From contig JBOZIK010000001.1 of NCBI GenBank assembly GCA_051453625.1, positions 37,608,788 through 37,660,742 of the forward strand: DNA of 51,955 bases, given 5' to 3'. Source of the stretch: Welwitschia mirabilis. Its lineage: Eukaryota. A model generated the notes under the pieces. The model saw only the letters and a list, made by a program, of their open reading frames with translations, made no database searches and had not been told where the DNA came from. This document shows, in pieces, positions 1 through 13,947 of the stretch. Position numbers and translations under genes: made by a program. Position 1 is the first letter of the stretch; every line of letters starts with the position of its first letter.

Positions 1-3000
1 GAAAAAGGGTATTTATAGTTTTATATTGAAGTTCGAGAAAGAACCGCTACTAGCCCAAATGGTTTGCATAACCCCATTACATAGATAATTCTTTCTGACT
101 AAAGAAAAATAGTTGTTATCCTGACTATCATGGGGATGATAGAGGGGACGTCACTCTACTTCAAAAGGTACTCCATTATCTTTAGGCCCCACTGTCAACC
201 CCGTAGCTAATATCCATATTAGCAGTGATTTCATCCTACCTATTGTGGAGATGACAAAGGGAATGATAGGCTTCCTTATCCCTAATCTTAAAGGTAAATT
301 GATCTTCAACATAATAAGTCCTTCTTTTAAAGTATGAATATTATAATATGTCTGAGAAGCCTTCAAATATGCTAAGAATTGCACGTTCCAGTGGTCATCC
401 TATCAATTCTCCCTAATCATCAGTATTGCATTCAGACCTATATAAATGTCCTACAAAATTACTAAAAATATGCCATCAAATTTCTACAAATTGGCATCAC
501 AATAATGAGGAATGACTCCAATGAATGATGAAGATGCAAGATGAATAAAATTTACATGTGTATGTGAAAGAGATGATGAATGCATTAAACATAAAGCAGA
601 AGATTGTAAATGAAATAGCAGAAGTGATGACAATAAATGTATTTAACCAAGTAGAATTATGATAAATCTAGATGATTATATGAAAAATAAGAAGTAATGG
701 AATGTAAGATAAGATGAGTAAGGCATTGTGACCAAGGATAACTGAATGGTAAAAGGTGTTGGGTACTAAAATATAATAAGTTAAATAAGAAATGGGACTA
801 ATCTAAAACATACCAAGAGTAAATATGAGAATGGTTTTAAGTAATTAATTACATGTACTAAGAAAAGATGAGGTACAAATGGATAAACTAGTACATGAAG
901 AAGATTAATTTTAACATCTCTAAATGCTAATCTAGAAAACTCCATTGGTAGAAGTCATAAATGTTGTTTAATGGCATGATCATGTAGTTCAATTCTAAAC
1001 ATCATAGACTATCATGCAATAAGAGAAATGATTATGATAATGCCTAGGGGTTATCTAGCAAAGTATCAATATAATATTAAGACTATAACTCAATCCAATT
1101 ATTGACTATAATAGTAAGTGATGTCTTACTAACTAACCATCTAATAATCAATATGTTCTAAATGTTTGCAAAGCCATAGCTTTAGAGTCAACAAAAACCA
1201 GGTTAATGGAGCATTTGAAAAACATAATTCATCATGATGAGGGAAGTGAAACCATTACTAAGAGCATAAGGATTTATAAGCTAAAGCTAGGTCATAATTA
1301 ATTAATATCCTGGTGGAGTTCCTATAGCTACCATATTGTACCACTAAAGGCCCTTCTTAGGAATATCTGCCTTGGTGTGCTTGTAATAGAACATCATGTT
1401 TTTTCCCCTTTTTTTTTAAAGGATTGGCCAACTAAATTGAATTCTCTTTCTTCACTCCATGCCTCCCTCACCCTTACTTTTTTCCCTCAAACATTGGTTG
1501 ATCATTGAGATGGTAAATTATAAGACTCATAGGTAAATATAATATTTAAACTCAATAATCAATGCTAATACAGAATAGCATGAGACATTAGAGGTCATAA
1601 ACATGAAAATGCCTTAAGATTGGTTGAAATTTAATGATCTCACCATAAATGCTCCAAAGTAGAAAAATATTTTCATGAAGACTCAAATGTAATTTAGCAT
1701 AGGATCAAATAAATAGCGAGCCCAAAATAGAAATAACTTAACTAAGAGATCCTTCTAAGAAATCATTTAAAGAAAGGTGAAGAGAAAACTTACCTCTCAA
1801 TTAAGAGGATCTTCCTACTCAATTTCTTCTACCATTCCAAGAGCATGTTAGTAATTATTGATGTGATCTCAATGTTTATCTAATGAATCTAATTTTTTAT
1901 TAGTATTTAAATAAGAAACCTTAACAAAGCCATTTAAGATATACTTCTCTATATGATAAGGGCCTAGCCACTTAAAAGTTAACCTATTGTAAGGATGTGC
2001 CTAAACATTATGTAATGAGGCCAAATCAACTAGACCTAAAGGGTGAGAAAAGATTGAATACAAAGTTTAAAATAATTGAAGGAAGAATCCAAAATAATGT
2101 AATTTTTATTCCTTTCTCTTTTTTCCCTTTTTATTTAAAATGTTGGAGTATTTAAGTTGAAACATAGATGAATCATAGAAAGATAATCATTATTGATGTC
2201 ATAGATGATGAGAGGTTTAGAATAAAAAGTAAGAGTATAAGATGGAAAAGAATGAACATGAAAAGAAAAAGTGGTTTCATGATAAATAAATAGGAATAAC
2301 TCCATGGAAGTAAAGTACATAGGTAAACAAGATGTATGCTATGATGTAGTAATGAGAAGGTAACAAATGGAAGGACCTACATCAGGCATATGTAGTGGAT
2401 CTCTATCTTAAATATTGTTGATTGACTAAATTACTTGTTATATCCACTTTTCCATAACCTATAAAACACAAAAAATAACTCAAGTGTAAAATCTATGTTA
2501 ACTATGTTTAAAAAACTATGTTATCCTACATAAAAATTAATGTATATGTATATGGAATATATCATCTAAAAAGTAAATGCAATGAAAAAGCATTTGAATT
2601 AATTAGCAAATATGTAGGAAATGATCAAATTATAACATGTAACAAAATGATATGTATCTTAGTCTTTTTTTAAAGGGGGTGAAGGGGAATGCTTTTGAAA
2701 ATTTTCAACACATTTCACTTTAAAAATAGTCATCAATGATGTATTAGGACGAGGGTTTTGCTCAATCATTAAGACTTTTCTCAACTACATAAATGTGTTT
2801 AGCATGAGGTTATTTAACCATCAAGGGCTTTATCCTTTGTGCTTTGGCTAGATAAGCAAGTTAACATTTATTTGCTTTTTTTGGATATATATACACATGT
2901 CTCTTTTTTCATGCTTTTTTATTTTTTCCTTTTTTTTTTTAAATCTAGTTAAAAAGTCATTTTGAAGAAATGGATCCAACTTGCACTTAGAATTTGAATG

Positions 3001-3076
3001 TCAGGAATCAATAAAATATTATCTTATGAGGATCCATTAGATCATGTTCAAAGTATAAGAAAGGAATAGTTATCTT

Positions 3077-3300
3077 TTAAGGTATAGGAGGTGATGGTGG
3101 AGAAGATAACATAAATATTACCTTCACATTTTTCATGGTGTAATTTTCTTCTAATGGCACTAAAGTTTTAGACCCAATGAACTTTAGCTTTTGATGGGAT
3201 AAAGATACAATTGCCTTCATGTCTATTATCATGGGACATCCTAATAATGAATTAAATAGTACCACATTATCAATTAGATGGAGCTTGATATCTTTAACCT
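3077..3300 (-). pseudogene. Retrotransposon aspartic protease C-terminal region (Tat/Ogre type), degenerate
   Basis: IKLHLIDNVVLFNSLLGCPMIIDMKAIVSLSHQKLKF resembles the Tat/Ogre consensus F.VVD...YNALLGRPW.....AVPSTLHQKLKF. Confidence 0.75.
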
Positions 3301-4559
3301 ATTAAGCCATTTCAAAAAGTAAACTAATTGATCCTCTCAATTTGTCCTTCATTGAAGACTCTAATTGTTGCACTCTTTTTTAAGTTTAGAGGTGATCAAA
3401 TTTGAGATCCTCAAGGCATGATGAGTGTATTATTTTTAATTTGTCTCTGTAATTAATCAAGGCTCTATTTATAGGCTTAATGTTTACTAATATGTAAGGT
3501 TATTTAGTTATGATTGTCCTCTTAGGAGTTATATAGATCTCATGATTTGAGAACTATATTATTTCTTTATGTTCTTTACTCCTTTGAACGTGCAACTATT
3601 TTGAGGTGACTTCCTCTTTAGGTGGTTGATTTTAATTTCGAGATGATTTTAGGCTTAATTGTTTCTTGCATATCCTCTTCAATGTGAGTTTATGAGGTTT
3701 AAAGTTCTAAATTAATAAGGTTAAATAATGATATGCCTCCTTTAATTTAAATATGATTGAGTGCATTGGTGTACATGATCAAGGAATAAGATGGATATGA
3801 GAGTACTTCCTCTAAATCATTTCCTCTAATATCTATTTGTTTTCTTGAATAATCCACTCTAGTAATTTCTTAGGTTGATCCTAGATTATAACAATTACAA
3901 AGGGATCACTATCATTTTGAAATGCCATATTTTATGGTGATTATAACATAGAAGATTGTAAAGAAAGGGGTTTTTATAGATCTTTAACTATTCATTTACA
4001 GTAGCTAAGATAGTGTCAAACTTTATGTTCTTTTTATTTTCAATGATGTCTTGAATAATATGCCTTAGGTTGAAATATTTTTTAATATGATGTCTTCAAA
4101 TTTGATGATACTCACATTACTTCAATTTATTATACCATTTATTTTTTGTATGTTAAAATCCCTTTATCTAACTGAAGATAATTGGATTGTCCCCTTTCTA
4201 AGTAACATTGAGAGGATTTATCCCATTATGATGTTTAGCTTTGTGAAGCTCCTTTTGGGTTGAGGGATTAAGATTTAACTTTGAGATACGTACTCCTAGT
4301 ATTAAGGTTATGATGGTGGTGGAGGTCATGCTAATCATGGTGATGGGTAACATGGCTAATGATAAGCTAGTTAAAGAGTGAAAGCTTATTAAGGAAAAGA
4401 ATCTTAAGGCATCATTGGCACCATCACTGGATCATCCATCAGTTTGGATAATTAAATTAGTTAAGTTAGTTGGGTAATGATCACAATGTGTTTTAGGTTG
4501 CTGCCTCTATTGTTGTCATTTTTAGATAGTTCTCGTTGGGTGCATCGCCATATTTTTTG

Positions 4560-5010
4560 GCTCCTTTCTCTTCTCCTATAACCTCAATTCTCTTGGCTAA
4601 GGTGATAGCTCGTTCACAATTTTTAAAACATTATATCCTCAAATAGGTATGAAATTTCTAACTCTACAATGAAAGTCTCCAACTATAATGCATTGACTCT
4701 CCATCGATGTGTATACTCTTGCATGGTCTCATTAGACCATTGTATCATGGTAGTGAGAGTGTCTAAGATCATCTTCTTTGAAATGTTAATTGAATAAATT
4801 TGGATGAACATTTTTAGAAGTTGTTTTAAACTTGTATAGAGTGAGTAGGTATGTGGTAATACCACCTGAGGGCTTAAATAGATGACATCTAGTGTTGTAG
4901 TTAATGTTGTATATATGGCATGCGTGTTTGAAATTTTTGATGTGCATGATAGCATCTTTTATGCTAGTTAACATTTCAAAGTTAGGTATTTTATTAAGTG
5001 CAAGAATATT
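4560..5010 (-). pseudogene. Retrotransposon gag (Retrotrans_gag-like), frameshifted
   Basis: KIPNFEMLTSIKDAIMHIKNFKHAC (P.F..Y.G..DP..H...F-like), then in another frame LTTMIQWSNETMQEYTHRWR (Q...E...EY..RW major-homology-like motif). Confidence 0.7.
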
Positions 5011-5377
5011 ATGAGGAACAGAGGGATGAATGGAGTGGGTATTGTTGAAATCATATTCTAGACAATTTTTCTTATTCTAGAGACCTCATTTTAAATCACT
5101 AATGGTTTACTAAATAGTAATTAAATTTAATGGGTTGGAATCTCTATTATTATCTTATTAGTTTTTGAGTGGTTCTTCTTCATGTATGAAGTATTTGAAT
5201 AGGTTGTCATCATTAACTTGTTTATTTACACCTTGCGCTTGTCATTTCAATAAGGCTTTTGGATTTTCCTCATTATCCCATTCATTAATAAACTTTTTAT
5301 TTTTTCCCCTTTTAAGAAGGATCTCATTCTGAGTTTGACTCTTTTCTTGACTAGTCGATCCTAATCTCTTGGATGAC

Positions 5378-6839
5378 TGATTAAAGTATAATAGTGATCC
5401 AAATTTAGACTAAGTAAAACACTTAGTATTGTTCTTCCACAGGGATGTAGAAGGTAAATTAATCAAAAGGTATACAATTATTCTAACTTGTAATACAAAC
5501 TTAAATGAAATTAAATTAGAAGTTTGATAAAGAAATGATTTGTAGTTGATGACATAAGGGAGTGGAATGCTATAAAGTTCTAATCAATTCATTCTTCACT
5601 CAACCTTTACTCTAATGATGACTATATCTTAAAACATGCACTAAATCTTCAAGTCATTAATGCTTGATGTGGAGGCATAATCTCGTCCACCCCATGAGTG
5701 TTGGTGATCATTCAGTCCTCCTGTTACTTCATAACCTTTTATAAGCATGGAAAGTATAAATCAAAGTATACAATATTTATCTAACAAAAGGAACTATAAA
5801 TTACAAAATTAACTTTAAATAACTCACACATTTCAAAAGAACTTGACAATTAGATAATCTTCATCTAAAGATTGCTAATACCATTTTACTGTGTATTAAT
5901 AATAAAAGCATCCTACTTTAAAAACTAGTTCTACCTGAAAATTACTAATACCAATTGAAATTGTGCATTAACAATAAAAGGGTATAATTAAATTTTTTAT
6001 TAAAACTAAAAGAAATCATACATTACATTAAATGGAGGAGGAGGAGGAGAAGAACTCCTCAATATGGCATGGATCATTTTACCCCTAAGAAAGAGTATTA
6101 GACCACCATGACATCCTTGCCTCCAAGTCTTTCCCAAGTTAAGCCAATCAAAATATGTTTAAAATGGGTGACAAGGCCATTTTATTAATGAGACAAGGCT
6201 TGAAAGAATGTTGTCATGATTATAGTAGATATGATCTTTATGTGTTAGATGGATAATTACATAAGAGGGGGATTATAATGGGAAATTACTTAAGAAGGAA
6301 GTCGCAAACATTTGGCATATAGCCATAAAGAAAGATGCTTCATCTTCATGTGCGAACATGATGATGATACATCCTTTAACTACTGATGATGTTGCCAACA
6401 GATGCCATGTCATGTGTTTTCATCTTAATCATCCTCATTGTGCCACATATCACTGTGATGTATTAATTTGTATATCTACCACATGTTACTAGAGGTTAAG
6501 GTTAACTTTGATTTATGTCTAATTGGTCCATAAGTGTAAAATATTCAATTTCTCAAAGTATTACAAGAATGTGAGATTTTTCATGTCTTTCCTAGAATGC
6601 CAATTGCACTAGTAGTCTTGGTCAGTGGCATCAGTGTTGTTTATTGGATTTATTCCATCTTTTTAGATGTTTTTCAAAAGATAGCAACATACTTGTGAAT
6701 GTTAGTGGAAAATCATAATCTCATGAAAACATGATAAAAAGGATAAAAGCATCATTTTATGATAAATTAATAAATTTCTTTTCCTTTGTTAAATTGATCA
6801 ATTACACTTGCTTAGAATGTCAATTTTGGAATGCAAACA
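5378..6839 (-). repeat. 3' LTR of the 5378-12049 element
   Basis: Colinear with 10590-12049 along its length. I counted 10 mismatches in the first 71 bp, mostly transitions. Confidence 0.9.
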
Positions 6840-9800
6840 CTCCTTCTAACTAGTCTTTTACTAGTTCCTTAGCAAAAGGTGATGAAGAAAGGGTGACATG
6901 AAGAAATTGACTAGGTGAAAATCACAAGTAAAAAAATGATATGATATTGTTAAAAATTTCTGAATATTTTTTTATGAATAAGGCATCAAAAAATCAAAAA
7001 AAAAATCATGTAAAAGCAGATGTCATATCCCAAACCAAAATTCAACTTTATCCTCGAGGTTATAAAGATGGAAGGCTTTAGAGAATAAGTTAATTACATG
7101 GCTAGCAAATGATGATGATGAATGTATTTAGGGAAAACAATGTAATACAATGCTTAAAATAAAATGCAATTTTTAGAGAACATAAAACATGAAATCTAAT
7201 GAAAATTCCATTATCTTCGAATTTAAAAGGTGGAATACCTAAGTTAATGACCACATTTCTTGAAAATTTCATGCATTTTATTTTAATTTTCGATGTGTCA
7301 TAATATCATAAAAAACAAAATATCCTCTAAGTAAAACTACAAGTAATCAAATTTTAGTTAAGAAAAATCTCCAAGTATATAACTTAAGCAAAAGTAAACA
7401 CAAAGTTCATCTCCTAATTCCAACTTTTTCATTCTATTTTTACCTTTTTCTGCAATTACACCTTGTTTTTTATTTCAAGCATTTTGATCAAATTGAGAGT
7501 TTAGTATTATAACTTATCCTTCCAACAGAGTTAAACATGTTAGTTTATGAAGGAATCAGTGTTGCATTGTAAAAGAGCATTTATAGCCCCGATAAAGTTG
7601 AATATGTCATAAATAAATCATTATATCTGCATTGCTAATGATTTTTTATAGCCTTAAGTAGTTAACTAAACCTAATTTTTAACTAATCATAAATTAATGT
7701 GCTTTTGAAGAGGAGATACTCATTTTTCTTTTAATAATCCTACTCGTATTCAATATGCATAAAGGGGACATTAACTCATTAACCTAATCAAGATAATTCT
7801 TGTTCCCATGAAAATGCTTAAAAATAATTCACATAACATGAAAGTAGATTTTACTTTAATTTAATCATATTTTTGAATCAGAATACCTTTAAACGAAACT
7901 AAACCTTAACAAGTTAACTTGAAAATAAGCAAAACTTCTTCCCCAAAAACTACATGTAAACTTAAATTCTACCTAGTTTGAAATAATAATGTGATTACTT
8001 ATTAATGGTTTACTGACTTTAGAGCTATCAACTAAGATCATGTAATATAATGAATTCATGAATAGGTGGAAGAAAAGGGTGGTTTATGGACTTTATTAAG
8101 TGGGATGGAAATGGAAGAAATGGAAAGTGAGATTTAAGATGATGATGATTTATTCAATGGTGTAGATGGTATTTGGAGTTTCCTACCTAAAAATGTTTAA
8201 TATGGTAATTATACAAGTGGAAGTGCTAGTGTGATTTAAGGCATGAAAGGGTGTCAAGCACAAAATTTTCAAGAATTTTTAATATTTTTCAAATCAAAAT
8301 TTATTCTAAATGGAAAATTTAGACTAAAAAGAAAAATATAATCTAAATTCATGCAATGAAACTAAAAAATTTTCAAGGCTTTTTCCAAGGTATTACATGT
8401 TTAAAGGCTCAAAATGATAAATGTGATGTTTGAATAATGTATCAAAATAATACAATGCATTCAAAGATGAGATCAAATCCCTATAAATATTTATGCATAA
8501 ATACATAAAATTAAAAAGAATATTAAAATTAGTAGTAAAATTGATTCAAATGAGAAATCTTTCAATCCTTCTCTATTCCTGTTTACTCAATAACTCATGC
8601 AAGAAATCATTTTTGGATGTAGATAAAGGCAAATTAGAAATCATTGGAGAAGGCAAAAGTTGAAGATGGTTTTTCTTTTTCTTCTTTATTAAGATTCAAG
8701 TCTTTCTTAAAAGATAAAGATGAAGATTTGATAATTGGTTCAAGATGTTATTAAGAAAAGGATTGACTAAAGGTTGTATCTTGTAAATGCTCTTAGTTAA
8801 TGTTCTCTTCCTTATTAAGGTTCTTGAGGGATTCTTCCTTAAATGGTTGTGTAAATGACATTATCTAAGGTTTAAAGATAGGTTTATTTTTAATGTCTCT
8901 TTCATCCTCTATCGTATAGTACTCTAGTTTTTCTTCTCCCTCATATATTTGCTTAATTTTAACTAATTAATCATCATCATCTAAAGTGTTTAATCCTACT
9001 TCAAATATAATCTATTTACATGTAACTGTTTATTCTCTAATGCATGTTTAAAGTAAAGTTCCCCTTGGATGTCATCATTGATTTCATTATGTGTTTCTTT
9101 CTCATTCCTAATGGATAAGGTTTAAATGTTACCACTTCTAGTTTCATTAATCCCGTTAAGATCTTCTATGCTCATGGGTTCATAAAATGTAGAAATGTTT
9201 TCTTATTCTAGTATATTAAATATTTGAGCAGTAACTTAAGCTAACTATTGGATGTGTTACTTAAGCCCTTGGTTTGTTTGGTTTATGCTTTGTTTAAGTC
9301 ATTGATTTATTTGCATTTGGGCTTTTATAAATTTTATAAGAATGTCTTCCAAAGAATTTTAAGAGGTTTTTTGAGTATTGGAAGAAGGTTTAAAACTACT
9401 TTCTAAAAATTTTAAAATGTATCCTTAAAGGGAGATGAGGTGATTTGTTGATTTTATGAAGTTGATGGGTGGTGATTAAATGATGAAGAATACAAGAATT
9501 ATAATAAATAGTGTGGGTTAAAGAATGATAAGTGTAAATATGATGGTAAAGGATAAGGATCATGAGGGATGAAGAAAGGTAAGGAATCAAACTCCTATGA
9601 GTTGGCATAAATACTTTGGAATTCAAAGTTATAAGAAGGTTGATCAACATATGTTTGGGTTGAGGATACTTGTTAAAGATCTATTTGGGCTAATAACAGT
9701 ATTCTATGACTCATTTAGATTGGTTTTGATTCTGGAAATCATAGAAGTAGGCAGATTATAGATCGGATAGTTTCTAAAACAAGTAAGGAGTCCAACTAAT

Positions 9801-10567
9801 GGTTTAAATTTAAGAAAATAGTTAACAGTTTATGTTGAGAGTTCACATTTTCTACATTTTTCATAGTTTGTAAGAAATCCTATAAGTTTTAGAGAGATCA
9901 TACAAAGGTTAAGTTTGAGTTACAAATTAATCTAAGGAGAAACACTAGCTGCATCGGTCAGAGAAGTACCGACATCAATCTGATTGAGTGAAAATAATTA
10001 AGAAAAAGATAGAGGATTTATGCAAGCTACACAAAAGGTTTTAGATTATAGGGTTGGGAAAAAATTTAAACAAAAACCTGAAATGATTGTGTTCTTATAG
10101 AAATTTAACCTAAGAAATTAACCTAAACATTTTTAATTTTTCTTAAAAATTTAATAGAAATGAGAACTAACAGAATTGAAAAATGTATAGAGAATTTATA
10201 GAAATTAAAAAAACACACAAAACACATAAATTATTAGAGTTTGATTTTAGTTTTAGATCATAATTTAAGATTTGGTTGCACTTGTAGGAAATTTGTTAAA
10301 CCTGCAACATAAAATATTAAATATATTAATGAATTTTTAGCTATTAGTAAAATAAACAAACTTAACAACTTGAACTAGTTTAGGTTTTAGTAGAAAAGGA
10401 CCAGTAAATATCACTGGAAGAAAATAAAACATACAAATGAGAGAGAAAAGAACTAGTTCAGGTATTACTAGATAGAGAACTAGTACCACCATAAGAAAAA
10501 TAAAATCTAACTAAAAGTTGTAAGAAAAACAATCATGTACTCTTGAAAAATTACCATGACAATACAT

Positions 10568-10584
10568 CTCTGGAAATGGCGCCA
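10568..10584 (-). promoter_or_regulatory. Primer-binding site, Athila type (degenerate TGGCGCCGTTGCCGGGG)
   Basis: Minus strand reads ...TTAATCA AATTT TGGCGCCATTTCCAGAG directly after the LTR end. Confidence 0.75.
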
Positions 10585-10589
10585 AAATT

Positions 10590-12049
10590 TGATTAAAGTA
10601 CAAGAGTGATCTAGACTTAAACTAAGTGAAAGACTTAGTATTGTTCTTCCATAGGAATGTAAGACGTATATTAATTAAAAGGTATATAATTATTATAACT
10701 TGCAATAAGAACTCAAATAAAATAAAATTAGAAGTTTGAAAAAGAAGTGATCTTCAGTTGACAACATAAGAAAGTAAAATACTTTAAAGGTCTAATCGAT
10801 ACCTTCACTTCAATGATTCCTGTATCTTGGAACATGTACTAAATCATCAAGTCATTAAGGCTTGGGAAGAAGGCATAATCTCATCTACCACATGAGTGCT
10901 GGTGAGTTATTCAGTCTTCCTGATACTACACAATCCTTTATAAGCATGGAAAGTATGAACCAAAGTGCATAAGATTCATTAAATAACAGGAACTATAAAT
11001 CACAAAACTAACTTCAAATAACTCACATAATTCAAACAAACTAGACAATTAGGTAAGCTTCCCCCTAATGATCACCAATACCATTTTACTGTGCACTAAC
11101 AATTAAAAAATGAATCTTACCTTAAGAACTAGTTCTACTTAAACATTACTAATACTAATTAAAATTATTCATTAATAATAAAAGGGTAACCAATTCTTTA
11201 TTAAAACTTAAAAAAAATCATACATTATATCAAATGAAGTAGGAGAAGAAGAAGAACTCCTTAACTAGCCTCAAATCATTCTACCCCTAAGAAAGAATAT
11301 CAGAGCACCATGACATCCTAGCCTCTAAGTCTTTATCACATTAAGCTAACCACAAGATGTTTACAATGGGGCATCAAGGCCCTTTTATAAATTAGGAAAG
11401 TTTGAAAGGGTCCTATCATGATTACATTAGGTATTGTCTTTATGTGTTAAGTGGACAATTAATTAAGATGAGGGTTATAATGGACAGTTACTTAAGAAGA
11501 AAGTTACAAACATTTGACATGTAGCTATAAAAAAAGATACTTAATATTCATGTATGAACATGGTGGTGACATGTTATTTGATTATTGATGACGCTATTAA
11601 CAGATGCCATTTCATGTGTCTTTCTCTTAATCATACTTGTTGTTCCACATGTCGCAGCAATGTATTCATTTGTACTTCAGCTACATGCCACTAGAGTTTA
11701 AGGTTAACTTTGATTTATGTTCGATTGATTTCATAAGTGTAAAATGTTTAATTCCCTTAAGCATTACAGGAATGTGAGATTTTTCATGTCTTTCCTTAAA
11801 AGGCTAACAGCACCAGTAGTCTTAGCCATCAGTGCTAGCATTATTTACTGGATTTCTTCCATCTTTTGCATGTTCTTCAAAAGACAACAATATACCTGCA
11901 AATGTTAGTGGGAAACTCATAATCTCATCAAAACATGATAAAAAAGATAAAAGTTATCATTTTATGATAAATTAATAAATTAAGTATCTTTCCCTATGTT
12001 AAATTGATCAATTATACTTTCTTAGAATGTCAATTTTGGAATGCAAATA
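10590..12049 (-). repeat. 5' LTR of the 5378-12049 element
   Basis: Direct repeat of 5378-6839, adjacent to the PBS. Confidence 0.9.
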
Positions 12050-12310
12050 ATGCCATAATGTGGATTCGCTTATTAGGATGAATAGGGTATGGGTTTAAGT
12101 TGGTTCTCTAATCTGTAATAGCATGAAGCTCATTTGTGGAGAGCATAAAGAGGTCTTATTGGATGCAAAGTTTAAACATCTCCTCAGGAATGCAAGCCTT
12201 TTTACCTCTTATTAAAACTAGCATTGTGGCTCTTCTACGTTTAAGACAAGGCAATTAGGAATGTGAATGGGAAAAGTCAAATGAACGACAAAGAATCCCA
12301 TAAGAGGGGT

Positions 12311-12326
12311 CCTCCTTCTAGCACCA
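12311..12326 (-). promoter_or_regulatory. Primer-binding site, Tat/Retand type (TGGCGCTAGAAGGAGG)
   Basis: Minus strand reads TTGTAAATAATT TGGTGCTAGAAGGAGG, one C>T from the Tat-lineage PBS motif, upstream of gag on the same strand. Confidence 0.7.
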
Positions 12327-12665
12327 AATTATTTACAAATGTTTTCACAAACCAATGATCAATTCTAATGTCACTCGATGTTGGGTGCTTATTAGGTAGT
12401 TCATGAAGACTCACCACTAGTTGATTAAGTTTAGGTTAATGTTGTTTTGATCATTTGATTTAATTGTGTTCGATGCCCTCCTTTGAGAACCAAATTGTTT
12501 AGGCAATTTCCTACATGAAGTATCAGGTTTAAATGTGACTTGATCTTGCATTATCAAGTTTGGTTGAACGTTGTTTTGACAAGTGAATTTGGCTTGGTTT
12601 GACTACATTTTATTGAGTTTGACACCTTCTTCTAGTATCAAACTATTTACAAAATTTTTCTAACT
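12311..12665 (-). repeat. Degenerate ~150-165-bp tandem units, each carrying an LTR-end/PBS-like junction
   Basis: Plus strand: CCTCCTTCTAGCACCAAATTATTTACAAA (12311), CCCTCCTTTGAGAACCAAATTGTTTA (12476), CCTTCTTCTAGTATCAAACTATTTACAAA (12625). The units also share AAGTTT.GGTT.A..GTTGTTTTGA. Confidence 0.6.
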
Positions 12666-13416
12666 AATGTTTAACTTTTGATTTTGAGTTATATCATGGG
12701 GTATAAACATAGTTTCATTACATGTGTTACTTCAGCTTTGGAACTTCCTCCATTTTGGATAAGTACATTATGATAAATACATCATCGAATTGGATGCACC
12801 TTCTTAAACCTTTAATTAGTTTTGAGTTCAAGATCATAACATAGTTGATTGAATTGAACTCGCTAATGAAAGACTAATGAAACATGAGGGAGTGAAATTA
12901 ATCCATGGACTTTCAATAAGTCTTCTTATGGTTATACTTTATGTAGATATCCCAAAGGAAACATCATAAGTTCTTCTGTCCTTGATTCCATGCTAAGTAC
13001 GAAATCAAAAATATAAATACCTCATACAAAGATATGAATACATATATTAGAATATTTGGCTTGTAGACTTTAGAATTTAACATTATAATGTCTTGAAAAT
13101 TAACCTAGAGAAATATGATCCCTAACTCTAAAACGTGAAGGTGGAGTACAAAGTTATTTTTTGTAGACTTGCAAGTGAAAAACAAGTCTTGCATTTGAAC
13201 ATTTATAAGTTATAGCTTTTCCATTTAAAAAATCAAAATGAGAGGAACCTAGAGAATTGTTAGATGGCCAGGCAAGATTCCCTGTGAACTAAAATATCTG
13301 ATACTAGGCCAAATGTGGGTGGACTTCTCATGTAATTTCCAAGCACTACATTAGCTGCCCTTTTTTTTTTTTTTTAAACCATGAAAGCTGGTGGCTCCTT
13401 TTTTCTTTTCATACTA

Positions 13417-13947
13417 TCACTTCCTCTGTTTCGATTCCCTCTCCTGTGAGCTTCCCAGTGCCTTTGCGCCAGCATCTTCATTGTCCATTGGTAGCCTTCC
13501 ATGATGCTGTTTTGTCAGTGCTGTTGCGTCACCCCTTAGTCCGTGACTCTCCCTCGCTGCCATCATTGGTTTCTTTTCCTGCCAGCACAGTCTCCTCTTC
13601 TTGCTATCTTGGCTGTGCTGAGACACTGTCAACCTTGCTATCGGCTGGTCTATGCCTTTTGCTAGCACTCTGTCTGTCGGCGTCTTGTCTCTCCGCTCGC
13701 TCATTCTCCTCCAGTCAGATGCTATCTCGTTGATGCTCTCCATCCCTCTGCTCCATGTTGCCTACTGTGAGCTCTCTTCATCGCTGATGTTTGCCTGCGG
13801 TCTTCACCGAGACAACACCACGTGTCGTCTGTGGTATGACATGTTACCTCTGACTGAAGTGCTATTTTCTAGCACTGGCATCTTTCGGTGCTGCTGATCT
13901 CTTCTCCCTTTCTCCTTGTACCCGCTACCTTTCTCCTGTGCTGCATT
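13417..13947. other. GC-rich, CpG-retaining, C/T-skewed segment of unknown origin
   Basis: Composition is visibly different from the surroundings, with many CG dinucleotides. It is open in several frames but I recognise no protein. Confidence 0.5.

Larger units (their letters stand above)
3060..5377 (-). mobile_element. Tat/Ogre-like Ty3/gypsy retrotransposon remnant, internal part (gag + protease); continues at 12050-12330 beyond a nested insertion
   Basis: Minus-strand translations give gag-like and Tat-type protease-like motifs in the correct order. A Tat-type PBS lies at 12311-12326 on the same strand once the 5378-12049 insertion is removed. No RT, RNase H or integrase was recognised left of 3060. 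Confidence 0.7.
5378..12049 (-). mobile_element. Complete non-autonomous Athila-like LTR retrotransposon (~6.7 kb) nested in the Tat-like element
   Basis: Two ~1.46-kb direct repeats (5378-6839, 10590-12049) starting TGATTAAAGTA and ending ATGCAAACA/ATGCAAATA. Flanks ATGAC (5373-5377) and ATGCC (12050-12054) form a 4/5 TSD. PBS TGGCGCCATTTCCAGAG on the minus strand next to the right LTR, and purine tract (AGAAGGAG) next to the left LTR. No RT or integrase motif recognised internally. Confidence 0.9.

Noticed and set aside
1..2700. Possible Tekay/Del-like LTR and leader remnant
   Set aside because: General texture only (for example AAAACTTACCTC near 1785). No terminus, PBS, partner LTR or protein motif could be fixed, so it is not called.
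6840..10567. env-like or pol ORF inside the 5378-12049 element
   Set aside because: Only low-complexity, stop-ridden frames (for example 9396-9650), with no diagnostic motif seen.
13417..13897. Overlapping ORFs of 81-108 aa on both strands
   Set aside because: Open frames are explained by locally high GC, and no protein motif is recognisable.
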